Assembly (NCBI RefSeq): GCF_963921235.1
Contig: NC_086097.1
Coordinates: forward strand, 23,314,001 to 23,378,000
DNA: 64,000 nucleotides
Source: Mobula hypostoma
Lineage: Eukaryota
Reading direction: 5' to 3'
The translations under genes were made by a program, and so were the position numbers. The notes beneath the pieces were generated by a model. The model was not told the DNA's origin. It worked only from the letters and a program-made list of their open reading frames with translations, and did not search any database. The number at the start of each line of letters is the position of its first letter. Positions within the stretch are counted from its first letter, which is position 1. This document shows positions 1-11,989 of this stretch, piece after piece.

Positions 1-175
1 CCTACCCTAACCGTACATCTTTGGAATGTGGGAGGAAGCCAGAGCACCAGGAAGAAGCCTATACATTCATGGGGAAAATGTACAAATCCCTTACAGACAG
101 CAGTGGGAATCAAACTCCTATCGATGGTGCCTGGTTACTGTAAAGCAAATGCACTAACCACTAGTCTATCATGCC
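1..175 (-). mobile_element. tRNA-derived SINE (V-SINE/HE1-like), partial
   Basis: Reverse complement of the central domain ...GGTGCTC(C/T)GGTTTCCTCCCACATTCCAAAGA..., shared with about ten other copies in the window. Confidence 0.75.
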
Positions 176-404
176 TCCCAAAAAAAGAAAATCTCCTCTC
201 TGCGTCCGCCTTTTAAGATTCTTTTCAGGAGTGTATGTTTCAATTAAGTCCCACGTTGGTGTGTTAAGCTCTAATGGATACTTGTCTACCTTGTCCAACT
301 TTCTGCATGATACCCTGTCTACTCCATGAATTATTAATTATATAATAAAAAATCCCTGGCATGGGTACATTGTCTTTTGCAGAAAGGTTGAGTAAAGAGA
401 AACC

Positions 405-680
405 GTATAACCATATAACAGTTACAGCACAGAAACAGGCCACCTCGGCCCTTCTAGTCCGTGCCGAACTCTTACTCTCACCTAGTCCCACCGACTTGCA
501 TTCAACCCATCACCCTCCATTCCTTTCCTGTCCATATATCTATCCAATTTAACTTTAAACGACAACATCGAACCTGCCTCAACCACTTCTGCTTGAAGCT
601 CGTTCCACACAGTTACCACTCTCTGAGTAAAGAAGTTCCCCCTCATGTTACCCCTAAACTTTTGCCCTTTAACTCTCAAC
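405..680 (-). mobile_element. CR1 LINE 3' end fragment
   Basis: ORF 482..679 reads RGNFFTQRVVTVWNEL...FKVKLDRYM, the typical CR1 ORF2 C-terminus, followed by 3' UTR. Confidence 0.85.
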
Positions 681-1007
681 CCAGCAAGTCAGATAACAGC
701 AGAGAGGGTAATAAGCAGCTAATGTTATGGACTGAGATCCTTCATCAGGACTGATGAAGGGTCTCGCTCAGAAGATCGACGGCTCTTTCTGTGCATTGCT
801 CAAGATTTCCTGCATTTGCAGAATCTCTTTTTTATGACTTGTCACAAATTCCAGGTATTAACTAATAAACATCTGAACTTCTATCAAAGTATGAGCATAC
901 ATCTGTGTACAGACCAGTTATAAATGCCCGAGTCATGGACACCCATGCATACAAAGGGGCTCCTACTCAAAAGCCTGATATACTTACATACATCTGTTCC
1001 TACAAAT

Positions 1008-2030
1008 AACAGACGAGAGCATCAACAGATGCTGGAAATCCAAGAAACACACAAAATGCTGGAGGAACTCAGCAGGTTAGGCAGCATCTATGGAAAAAAG
1101 TGCAGACGACGTTTCAGGCTGAGACCGTTCGGCAGGGCTGGAGTGAAAAAAGATGAGGAGGGGATTTAAAATGTGGGGGGGGGGTGGTGGGAGAGAGAAA
1201 CACAAGGTAGGTGAAACCAGGAGGGGGGATGGATGAAGTAAATAGCTGGGAAGTTGATAGGTAAAGGAGATACAGGGCTGCAGAAGGGGGAGTCTGCTAG
1301 GTGGGGATAGAAGGCTCTGGAAGAAAGAGAAGAAGGCAGGAGTACCAGAAGGAGGCAAGAAGATGAGGTTTGAGAAATTGATGTTCATGCCATCAGGTTG
1401 GAGGCTACCCAGCCAGAATATAAGGTATTGTTCCTGCAACCTGAGTGTGGTCTCATCACGACAGTAGAGGAGGCCGCGGATTGACATATCAGAAAGGGAA
1501 TGGAAAGTGGAATAAAAATGGGTGTCCACTGTGTGATCCCATTTCTTCTGGCCGACGGAATGTAGGTGTTCGGTGACATGGTCTCCCAATCTATGCTGGG
1601 TCTCACTGATATATAGGAGGCCACACTGGGAACACTGGATACAGGATATGCCCCCAATAGACTCACAGGTGAAGTGTCGCCTCACCTGGAAGGACTGTTT
1701 GGGGCCCTGAATGGTAATGAGGGAGGAGGTTTAGGGGCAGGTGTAGCATTTGTTCTGCCTGCAAGGATAAGCGCCTGGAGGGAGATCAGTGGGGAGGGAC
1801 GATTGGACAAGGGAGTCACGTAGGGAGTGATCCCGGCAGAAAGCAGAATGTGGGGAGGAGGGAAAGATGTGCTTGGTGGTGGGATCCTGTTGGAGTCGGC
1901 AGAAGTTGCGGAGAATTATGTGCTGGACGCAGAGGCTGGTGGGATGGTAGGTGAGGACAAGAGGAACCCTATCCCTGGTAGGGTGGTGGGAGGATGGGGT
2001 AAGACAGACATGCATGAAATGGAAGAGATG
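1008..2030 (-). mobile_element. Penelope-like element 3' portion (GIY-YIG endonuclease remnant plus terminal repeat)
   Basis: FTCES...CIQCSQCGLLYISETQHRLGDHVTEH...EQYLIFWLGSLQPDGMN (ORF 1077..1685) and upstream RVPLVLTYHP...CYTCP linker; ends in the family terminal repeat. Confidence 0.88.
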
Positions 2031-4053
2031 CAAATAACAGAACCAGTTTCCTTTCTCTACTTTGAAAAATCATTTGTTCTTATTAGTATTGTGTGTTTTT
2101 GATGCCATTACGATATTGTGGAGGTATGGTAATCACATCGAGTTATTTCTCTGGAGAGAAATAAACAATCAACATTTCAAACCAAGACCCTTTATCAGGA
2201 CTCTTCTCAACTTATTCCTCTCCATAGACGTAGCCTAACTTACTGAGTTCCTCCTGTGTTTTGTGTATGTTGCTCAAGATTTCTAGCATCTGCAGGATTT
2301 CTTGCATTTACAAAGTTAGTTTTCTTTGTACTTTATCACACGGACAAAATTAACTATTTGGAGATCTGTTTAAAAAAGGGGTTCCCAACCTGGAGTCCAC
2401 AGACCACTCAGTTAATGGTTGGGGTTCATGGCATTAAAAAAGGTTGAAAAGTCTTGAATTAAAAAGAAAAAGGGGTTCATTACTAGTGGACAGCCTGTAC
2501 GAATGCCAGTATGTTCCAGATGTAATCTCACCAGTGCCCTACATAAGTAAAGCTTTTTATGCATTCAATTTGTATTCAATAACAATCTCTTATCTTTCCT
2601 AATTATGTGCTGTTCTTGCACATAAGCCTTTGTCAAACTATGCACAGATCCCTAAGAGCTCTGTGATCCTTCATTTAGATAATATTTTCTTATTTTTCAC
2701 TTTTTCCCACAGTATACTCCATTGACCTACCGTTTCCTGTTTTCTCTCTTGTTCCCTTTTCAAATAAAGGGGTTACATTTATTATTTTCCAATCTAATGT
2801 AAGCCTTCCTTGATTCTAGTGAGTCCTGGAAAGTTTAAAAGTAATACTTCAACTGTTTTACCAAGTGATTTCATTTCAGCACCTGGGATGAAGCCCACCA
2901 GGCCCCAGAGCCTTGTCAACACAGAGTTTGTTGAAGTAGGTTTTGTTTATAAGCCTCTCAATTTTTTTAAATAGGACTTTATGGAGTTTATTACATATTT
3001 TATGTCTTTATATATTCTACCCTCTGTGAAGCATACAAAACTTGCTCTTGGCATTCTTGTGTCTGAGTCAGTTGTAGAAGCATTACCAGTCATAGTAGGT
3101 ACCTTATGTTTACTTTCTAATTCCTTAGATTGTAGAACATTACAGCACAGCCCCTTCATCAAACAATGTCGTGTTGACCTTTTAACCCACTCTGAGATCA
3201 ATCTAACCATTCCCTGACATAACCCTCTATTTTGCTTTCATCCATGTGCCTATCCAAGTGTCTATCAAATGTCACTAATGAATGTGACTCCAGCACCATT
3301 CCTGGTAGAAATATTCTTGTCAGCATTTATTTGCATGACCACGAAATTAGTAAGTCGTCATTTTAAATTCAGTTAGTGGCTTCTTTGTCATAATGTAAAG
3401 TTTTGTATGCATGTGTTAGGACTGATAGTATAGATCCTCTCATGAAGAATATTCACTTTTTAACAGTTCCACGTACTTCCAAAGACACCAGATTCTGCAA
3501 ATGCTGGAAATCTTGAGCAACACACATGCACAAACCATGTGTTGCTGCATCTTTCCATTTGTTAGAAGACTGATATGAATTTGGAATTTGTTAACCAGTG
3601 ACATCAAGGCATATGGAGCAAATAACCCCAGTATCTCACTGGTCGAATTACCCACCTCCAAGGTTGAATGAAGAATCCCTCATTATTTGCTATAAAATGT
3701 TCATGTAGTTAATGAAAGTATTCGCTGTTTATCTGATGGTTAGTACTGTAGTCAGTCCTACAACCTTCACTACTGCAAGAGTGGCCACTTATTTATGTTT
3801 GTCATATCATGGATTTTGACATTGGTATTAGTAGTAGTTCAGTCAGTTCAGTCTGATGGTCTCCGAAGGAGTTACCTATTGGTGAGTTCTCAGGTGGATG
3901 TAGAGGCCGATCTGGGATCCACATGTTCTGGTGTAGTATAGGCAAGAGTCCTCCAAATAGACCACAACCTTGTCATTGGGTTTAGAGGCTTGTGCCCTCA
4001 ATGACTCAGATGGCTGTATTGGTTCGAGTCAGGGTTTTATGCTTTGGCTCTTG

Positions 4054-4453
4054 TATTCTGTCTGGGTAACCTCCAACCTAATGGCATGAATATCGATTTC
4101 ACGAACTTCTGGTAATGCTCCCCACCCCCCCTCCTTCACCATTCCCCATCCCCTTTTCCCTCTCTCACCTTATCTCCTTGCCTGCCCATATCTCCCTCTG
4201 CGCTCCTCCCCCCTTTTCCTTCTTCCATGGTTTTCTGTCCTCTCCGATTGGATTCCCCCTTCACCAGCCCTGTATCTCTTTCATCAATCAACTTCAACTT
4301 TACTTCCTCATCTTTTTTTCTCCAGTCCTGCTGAAGCGTCTCGGTCCGAAACGTCAACTGTACTCTTTTCCATAGATGCTGCCTGGCCTGCTGAGTTCCT
4401 CCAGCATTTTGTGCATGTTTCTTGGATTTCCAGCATCTGCAGATTTTCTCTTG
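4054..4453 (+). mobile_element. Penelope-like 3' fragment inserted into an older repeat, with an 18-bp target-site duplication
   Basis: Encodes LGNLQPNGMNIDF then the terminal repeat; flanked by tttatgctttggctcttg (4036-4053) and tttatgatttgggtcttg (4454-4471). Confidence 0.8.
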
Positions 4454-5604
4454 TTTATGATTTGGGTCTTGGTAGGGTCACCCATCCCAAATAGGGGGTA
4501 GAGGCCAGGCTAAGAATGGTCCACTGTTCCTCCAGGTTTAGGGGTTCATCTCGGGGCCAACTACCCAGACTGGTCACAAAAAAAATTACGGGAAGAGCAG
4601 TGAAGAACCCTTCGACATCTGAGTGCAACTGTATTCCTGAGTCTCCACCCCGAAACCGCATGAATGACTGTGGTGTAAACTAAGCTACTGACTTGACGAA
4701 GGAAACCATGAGCACTGCCAGAAATGGAGGGCCTTCATAATCAGTTGTGTAATGGACAGTAGAGATTGGGCAAGAGTAAGTTGTGGCTATGGTTAGTGAT
4801 TGGGCCTTTTGCTTTTTAAAAAGACGACTAGTATTAAAATCCGAGTGATTAAAATAAATCCATTTTTCAATATTGCAATCTTCTCTACTACAAATCATGG
4901 ATGTACAACTGGATTTAAATCTGAGTGGTTAAAATACATCCAACTCCATCAGTGCTGAAGGACCTTCTTGGATTCTGTCAGAAAGAAGCCCATAGCTGGT
5001 GCATGTAAAACAGATACACTGAGGTTTCTATAGTAATTCTCCAAAGACACTGTGCGATTTCAAAATGTTAATCTATTTGCCTAACTGCAGCGTTGACCTT
5101 GCAGCTGCTTTTGGAAGGAGTTGCGCTGCTGTGTAAATGTTAACGTGGTATTTGAGCTGAATTCAAAGTCAATGCTCTGCAAGTTCCAGTGAATGTCACT
5201 GCCGGTTCCCCAAGCTGTAAGCGTACACTTTATTAAGAATGTCGCATTTCTGCTTCCAGGTGCCTGCAACCACCTGTCTACTTTTGTTATCAATGTACCC
5301 AAGTCCAATGATCTTTCTGTCGATTGAGTTTTTCCCTTCACTTCAGGGAAGTGAAATGTGGTGTAAGAGCACATAGAATCAGCAAAGGCAATGTGAAATA
5401 GCCTTTCGCATGTCACCTATCTCGTAACTATTCATCTATCTCGTAACTATTATACATACTCCTAAAGACATGAGATCCTGCAAATGCTGGAAATCTTCAG
5501 CAGCACATACAAACCAGATGTTGCTACGCATTTCCATTTGTAAAAAGATTGATAGGAAATCAGAACTCTTGCGCAAATTTAAATTGGTGCTCAATCTATT
5601 TTTT

Positions 5605-6027
5605 TCTTTATTTCGAGATACAGCACAGTAACAGTCGCTTCCGGCCAAATAAGCCCACACCACTCAATTACATCAATGTGATTAATTAACTTACGAATTA
5701 GCCTACTTTGGAATGTAGGAGGAAACCTATGTGGTCATGGAGAGATCGTACAAACTCCTTACAGACAGGAGTGGATTTGAATCGTTGTTGCTGACGCTGT
5801 AATAACATTGCACTAACCATTCCCTAGCCAGCCGGTGGTACAGTGGCATCTGGTCCAGACTTTGGGGCGAGTGGTCCGGGGGTTCGAATCCGGCAGGCTG
5901 TTTGCATGCTTTCCATCCGTGCTGGGTTGAGCATCGAACTAGCAACTCAGCCTCATAAAAAAACAGACAAAAATGCTAAAGAAATGGCAAGGCGAGGAAA
6001 GGAACAACAACCGATACCCTACTGTGC
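5605..6027 (-). mobile_element. V-SINE-like element interrupted by a second SINE
   Basis: tttggaatgtaggaggaaacc...caaactccttacagacag matches the other SINE copies; the head resumes after 6010. Confidence 0.7.
5827..6010 (+). mobile_element. tRNA-headed SINE of a different family with intact Pol III boxes
   Basis: A-box-like GGTGGTACAGTGG, B-box GGTTCGAATCC, (AAC)n tail, flanked by imperfect duplication aaccattcccta / aaccgatacccta. Confidence 0.75.
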
Positions 6028-7121
6028 CAGCCAATCACTGCTCTTTTAAAGTCTCACGTTGGTAAAGTGTTGTTAACCAGTGACATCAAGGCATGTGGAG
6101 CAAATCCCCCCAGTATGTCCTCACTGGTCGAATAGCTTCAAGATTTATTTTCCTTAGTTTCTGTGGGCAGGTGACTAATAACAAAATCATTGATCTGTGT
6201 TTCTGCGGGTCTCTAATCCAAAGAGTTTGCAAAGCCTATGAAAATCCAAATAAAGCATTTTGAAGTGTAATCATTGTTACATTATAGTAATATAGTGTAA
6301 TGTTGCAAGATCAAGGACCTCATTAAGACCATGCACTCTTCTTGCTACTACCATTGGGAAGGAGGTATAGAAGCTTGGGCTTTCTCGCTACCAGGTTCCT
6401 GAACACTTATTACCCTAAAGCCATGAGGCTTCAGACCTGCCAGGGATCACTTTACACGACACAACTCTGAACTGATTCTCCAACCTCTAGACTCACTTTC
6501 AAGGACTCCTTAATACTTGTTTTCTCATCGTATCTGTCATTTGCACAATTTGCCTTATTTTGCACATTGGGTTGTTTGTCAGTCTTTACGGATGATTTTC
6601 ATAAATTCTATTGTATTTATTGTCCTGTAAATGCCTGCAAGAAACTAAATCTCATGGTAGTATATGGTAACATACCCTCAGTGGCCGTTTTATTAGGTAC
6701 CCTCCTGAGTGCATTTTTATGGTTCTCTGCTGCTGTAGCCCAGCTGCTTCAAGATTTGACATGTTGTGCATTTAGAGATGTCCTTCTGCATGACCACTGT
6801 TGTAATGTGTAGTTATTTGAGTTACTGTTGCCCTCCTGGCAGCTTGAACCAGTCAGGCCATTCTCCTCGACCTGTCTCATTAAAAAGGCATTTTGGCCTT
6901 CAGAACTGCCGCTGACTGGATTTAAAAAAAAATTTTTACACCATTCTCTGTAAACTCTAGAGATTATTGTGTGTAAAAATCCGCAGTTCAGCAGTTTCTG
7001 AGACATTCAAACCACCCCGTCTGACACGTGCAATCATTCCACAGTCAAAGTCACATTGATGACAATTCTTCTCCGTTCTGGTGTTCAGTCTGAACAACAA
7101 GTGAACCCATTCACCATGAGG

Positions 7122-7660
7122 CTCCCCGGTAGAGTAGCAGTTAGAGTGATGCTGTTACATCTTGGGGCGACAGAGTTCGGTGTTCATTTCCGGCATCCTC
7201 TACAAGATTGTTTGTGTGCCCATCCCATGTACGCATGGGTTTCCACCAGGTTCTCCGGTTTCCTCCCACAGTCCAAAGATGCACCGGTGCAAAGTTCAAA
7301 GGACATTCATTATCAGTATGTATATAGATAGAATACAGCTCTGAGATTCATCTTCCCGTGGGCAGCCACAAAATAAAGAAACACTTTGGAATCTGTTCAA
7401 GGAAACATCAAACACCCAGCTTTTGAAAAAAGAACAAATTGTGCAAACAGCTAAAAGCAAGCAAACAACACATAGAACGTCAAACCTGGAGTCCAGTGGT
7501 ATTCAGTTTAGTTCAGTACTGTGGCACACCACTAGCCCTCTGCAGGTTAGTTGGTCATTGTAAATTGTCCTGTGATAAGGTGAGGGTTAAATCGCATTGG
7601 GCAGCACGGCTCAAAGGAATTGAACAGCCTGCTCCGCGGTGTATCTCGAACTGAATAAAT
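7122..7660 (+). mobile_element. V-SINE-like element nested in the Tc1 derivative and itself split by a reverse LINE-tail fragment (about 7290-7530)
   Basis: gcatgggtttccaccaggttctccggtttcctcccacagtccaaagat central domain; resumes at gttagttggtcattgtaaattgtcc. Confidence 0.7.
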
Positions 7661-7712
7661 GTCTGCGTGCTTTATGCACTGAACTTTCACATGATTGGCA
7701 GGTTATTAAGGA

Positions 7713-8075
7713 CCATTACTAAGGAGATCCAGCACCCAGGGCATGCCCTTTTCTCACTGTTACCATCAGGTAGGAGGTGCAGAAGCCTGAAGGCGCACAC
7801 TCAGCGATTCAGGAACAGCTTCTTCCCCTCTACCATCCGATTCCTAAATGGACATTGAACCCTTGGACATGACCTCACTTTTTTAATATATATTATTTCT
7901 GTTTTTCGCATGATTTTAAATCTATTTAATATACATATACTGTAATTGATTTACTCATTTATTATTATTATTTTATTTTGTTTTTTTTCTATGTTGTATA
8001 TTGCATTGAAATGCTGCTAATTTAACAGATTTCACATCACATGCCGATGATAATAAACCTGATTCAGATTCGGAG
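7713..8075 (+). mobile_element. Rex1/Babar-like LINE 3' end
   Basis: HPGHALFSLLPSGRRCRSLKAHTQRFRNSFFPSTIRFLN, AT-rich UTR, aataaa and (gattc)n-like tail. Confidence 0.8.
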
Positions 8076-9943
8076 ATTATATATTTGCATTAATGAACAG
8101 GTGTATCTAATAAAGTGACTACTGTGTATGCATACTTTGACAATAAATTTTCTTTTGACTTAGAATCATGGAACCCAATTTGCACATTTCAAGCTCCCTT
8201 GAAAAGTAACATAATAATGATGGTGTAATCTAATTTTAAGGATGTTAGTTGAGGAATAAGTATTGACCAAGCCTACTTGATATATCTCCCTTGCTCTTCA
8301 ATTTAGTGCCTCAGTTCCTCATGCAGGCATCAGAAAGGAGGGGTGGGCCTCGGCTTCAGATCTCACCTAAATATTAGCACCACTTTACTCCGCTGGAGTC
8401 CTCCATTCATGCTCTAGAAATGACCACTAGGGATATGTGCATATGTATAATACACCACATATGGTCTTGTTTTTTGGTTTTGTAATGGGTATTTAAGAAC
8501 ATAGAACATAGCACTGTACTGGCCCTTCAGCTCACAATGTTGAGCAAACCTTTAAACTTACTCCACGATTAATCTAACCCGTCACTCCTAGATAGCCCAT
8601 AATGCTCCATTTTTCTTTCAGCCATGTGACTAAGTTTCTCAAAATCTTTAAGGTATTTTCCTCTACAGCCACTGGTAGCAGTACATTCCAAGCACTTAAT
8701 CAGTGTATATGAAAATAAACTGCTTTCGCTATCTCCCCTGAACTCACCTTAAAACGATGTCTTCTGGTAGTAGCCATCACCGACCCTGAAGGAAAGGTGG
8801 TAACTGTGCCCTCTATCTATGCTTATACTGTATGCCTCTTCTTTGAGACTGCATCTTTGAACTCTTATGGAGATCACGCAAGGGCTTTTCTCTTTGGAGC
8901 AAACGAAGATGATAGGAAGCAGAGATAGAGCGGACAGCCAGAAACTTTCTCCTGGGGCAAATATGGCTAATACAAGGGAGCATAACTTCAGTGTGTTTGG
9001 AGGAAAGTATAGGGGTCACATGAGATGCAGGTTTTCTTGCACAGGGTGGTGGGTCCATGGAATGCGCTGGTAGTAGAGGCAGATGTATTAGGAACACTTG
9101 AGAGATTCTTGGGCACTTGGATGAAAGAAAACTGGAAGGCATGTGGGAGGGAAAGATTAGATTGACCTTGGAGTAGGTGAAAGGATCAGTACAACATCAT
9201 GGGCCAAAGGATCTGAACTGTTTGATGAAAAAATTCATAAGCAAGACACTGAGCTATGTTTCCAAGCTGCTTTCTGAACAGGGGTACTGACCTTTGAGCA
9301 TGAGTGACTGTGTCTGAAAACTAGTTGGTTTTAAACACTGGGAGGTAGTGATGATCTTTCGTGTCTTTCAATGAAAGTCATTGCTTTGGAAGCTCTTATA
9401 GCAACTGCAGCATGAAATGTCACTTTGGGGTTGAATTTGTACTGGTAGCTACAACAGCAGAAAATTACCATTTAACTTTTTGAAAAAATGTTGAAATTTG
9501 CAGGTTGACTGTCTACTGAGATGGAAATTAATCCAAATAAGAAATTAAAGCAGATGAAGATGAACATGGACAATGTAGGCTCAAGCATAATGAGGGCAAT
9601 GGAAAGTCCTGATAAGGGTCTCAGCCCGAAACGTTGACTATTCATTCTTCTCCATTGATGCTGCATGACCTGCTGAGCTCTTCCACTTTTTTTCTGCTCT
9701 GGATTTCTAGTACCTGTAGAAGGTCAGGAAAAGAGAGGTTTGAGAAGAAGAATGATTATTTTTTAAATTGGAGACTGATCAAATGGAAAAAGAAAAAAAG
9801 AGATATCAAAGATAGAAATAGAACTGTTTCCGAAGATTGCAAGCAAAGGAGTCGTCATTTAGCACTATCGTCGCTTTGCTCCATCCCTTCTCTAGTCCTA
9901 ATCCTAATTCTACTACTTTCCAGGTTTATTTGTTCCAGTGTTA

Positions 9944-10119
9944 CTCACAACAAGCTGGAGGAACTCAGCAGGTCAGGCAGCACCCATGGAAAAGATCGGT
10001 CGACGTTCCGGCCCGAAATGTCGACCGATCTTTTCCACGGGTGCTGCCCGACCTGCTGAGTTCCTCCAGCTTGTTGTGAGTGTTGCTTTGGCCCCAGCAT
10101 CTGCAGATTATTTTGTGTT
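9944..10119. repeat. Fold-back Penelope terminal-repeat insertion with 15-bp TSD
   Basis: 68-bp inverted arms within 9943-10081; tttgttccagtgtta duplicated at 9929-9943 and 10120-10134. Confidence 0.88.
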
Positions 10120-10274
10120 TTTGTTCCAGTGTTAGTACCTATATCCTCAACTGTCAAAGCTCCAGGTTTCCCTTCCTAATCCTTACCAATGTTTTATTTT
10201 AGTCTCCTCCCATTTAAGTCTCTTAAGACTTGTTTCAATGTTCATGTTCAGTACTCTAATATCTCTTTTGGCTA

Positions 10275-10920
10275 GGTGTCACGGTAGATTGGGTGATAAA
10301 GAGAGCTTTTGCTACATTGGTCTTCATAAAGCAAGGTATTGAGTACAAATTTGGGATGTTATATTGAAGTTGTATAAATTGCTAGCGTGGCCTAATTTGA
10401 AGTATTGTGTTCAGTTCAGGTCAGCTACCTACAGGAAAATTATCAAAAATATTAGAAGAGTACAAAGAAAGGATGTTGTCGGGACTTGAGGACCTGAGTT
10501 ATAGGGAAAGGTTGAGTAGGTTAAGATATTATTCCTTGGAGCATAGAATGAGGGGAGATTTGGTAGAGGTATACAAAATTATGAGGGCTATAAATAGGAT
10601 AAATGCAGGCAGGATTTTTCCACTGAGTGTGTGTGAGACTGGAGCTATATGTCGTAGGTTAAGGGTGCAGAGAAAAATACTTAAGGAGAACCTGAGGGGG
10701 AGCTTCTTCACTCAGAGGGTGGTGGGACAAGCTACCAGTGGAAGTTATGGATGTGGGTTTGATTGCAACATTTAAGAGAAGTATGGATAAGTAATGAAAG
10801 GGAGGTGTATGGAAGGCTGAGTCCAGGTGCGGGTCAATGTGACAAAGCAGAAGAACAGTTTGGCACCAACTAGATGGGCTGAAGGGTCTATTTTGTGCTG
10901 CAGTACTTTATGACTCTACG
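10275..10920 (+). mobile_element. CR1 LINE 3' fragment
   Basis: GLEDLSYRERLSRL..YSLE.RMRGDLVEVYKIM...FFTQRVV. Confidence 0.85.
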
Positions 10921-11989
10921 TTAAATTTTATTTGACACGCTGCTATTAAGAGCTTTGGGTGTTCTGCTATGGGCCCCTATAGTAAATGCTAGTTGGTGAC
11001 ATTGGTTGTCAGGTTATGATAGCTTTATATAATTATTAATTCATTTTAGCTGAAGTAAAGTTGAGTACAAAAGAGATGAAATTCTGTGGGTGGTTGACTT
11101 ACCTTTGGGGGTATACAACTCAAAACAAAATGACACTGGACAGGAGCATCAATCTCTTTGCAGCTAGTATCGATCCGCTGCAGCAAAGCAACAAATTTCC
11201 CGTCATATGTCAATGATAATAGATCTGATTATGAAAGTCTTTCATGGGAATTGCAGTGGAAGCCTGGTAGAATTTTAGATGTTGGGTCTGTACCACAGGA
11301 GGGAAAGTGGAATAGAAAAACGGAGGTACCCTGCTGGGTCTTGAGGACATTGGAGTAATTGTATATCAGACACCAGTCTGACATCAGCTGAACTATGACA
11401 GAGTTCTGGGCAATGTATGGTAGGAAAATTTGATGGCCTATCCAAGCTATCAGAGAGTTATTAGATTCATTGAAAGATGAGAGATTAAAATTATTTGGAC
11501 TAAAGGAGATTTGTTCTCTTTTACACAGTGAAGAATAGTTAAAAGCACGAGAAATGGTTTTGAAGATAAGATGTAAAGGCAGGAGTAAACCATATGATCC
11601 TTTGAGTCTGCTTAAGATTTTAATAACATCATGGCTGCTTTGATTCTTTCCCATACCTAAAATCCTTAATTTTTACTGCTATCCAAAAATCCATCTATCT
11701 TACTATGTATGTACTTGGACAAGTTTTAAAAGCCCTCTGTGATAAATTTTGATAGAAGAAATTATGATTCATCTCAGTATTAATATGAGACTCCTTTGCT
11801 AGTTCTCTACTATTCTTACAAAGTGGATATTCTCACCTTTTCTCTGTACCTCCTTCACCTCTCTATACCCCAGTTATTATCTTTTTGCCTTCTTGCTATT
11901 CCGAGAAAGATTACGAATAAGTTCCTCCTGCATTTTCTGTATTGCTGTGAATATCTAGCATCTGCAGAATCTCGTGTATATCTATAGAG

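Larger units (their letters stand above)
6675..8126 (-). mobile_element. Tc1/mariner deletion derivative with nested insertions
   Basis: Imperfect TIRs ccctcagtggccgttttattaggtac / gtatctaataaagtgactactgtg, TA on both sides; minus-strand remnant GFLHTIISRVYREWC resembles a Tc1 transposase N-terminus. Confidence 0.75.

Noticed and set aside
5827..5900. Functional tRNA gene
   Set aside because: Anticodon and acceptor arms are imperfect, and it continues into a SINE body with a tail and flanking duplication.
9837..10157. Near-identical peptides encoded on both strands
   Set aside because: Direct consequence of the DNA palindrome, with no sign of coding function.
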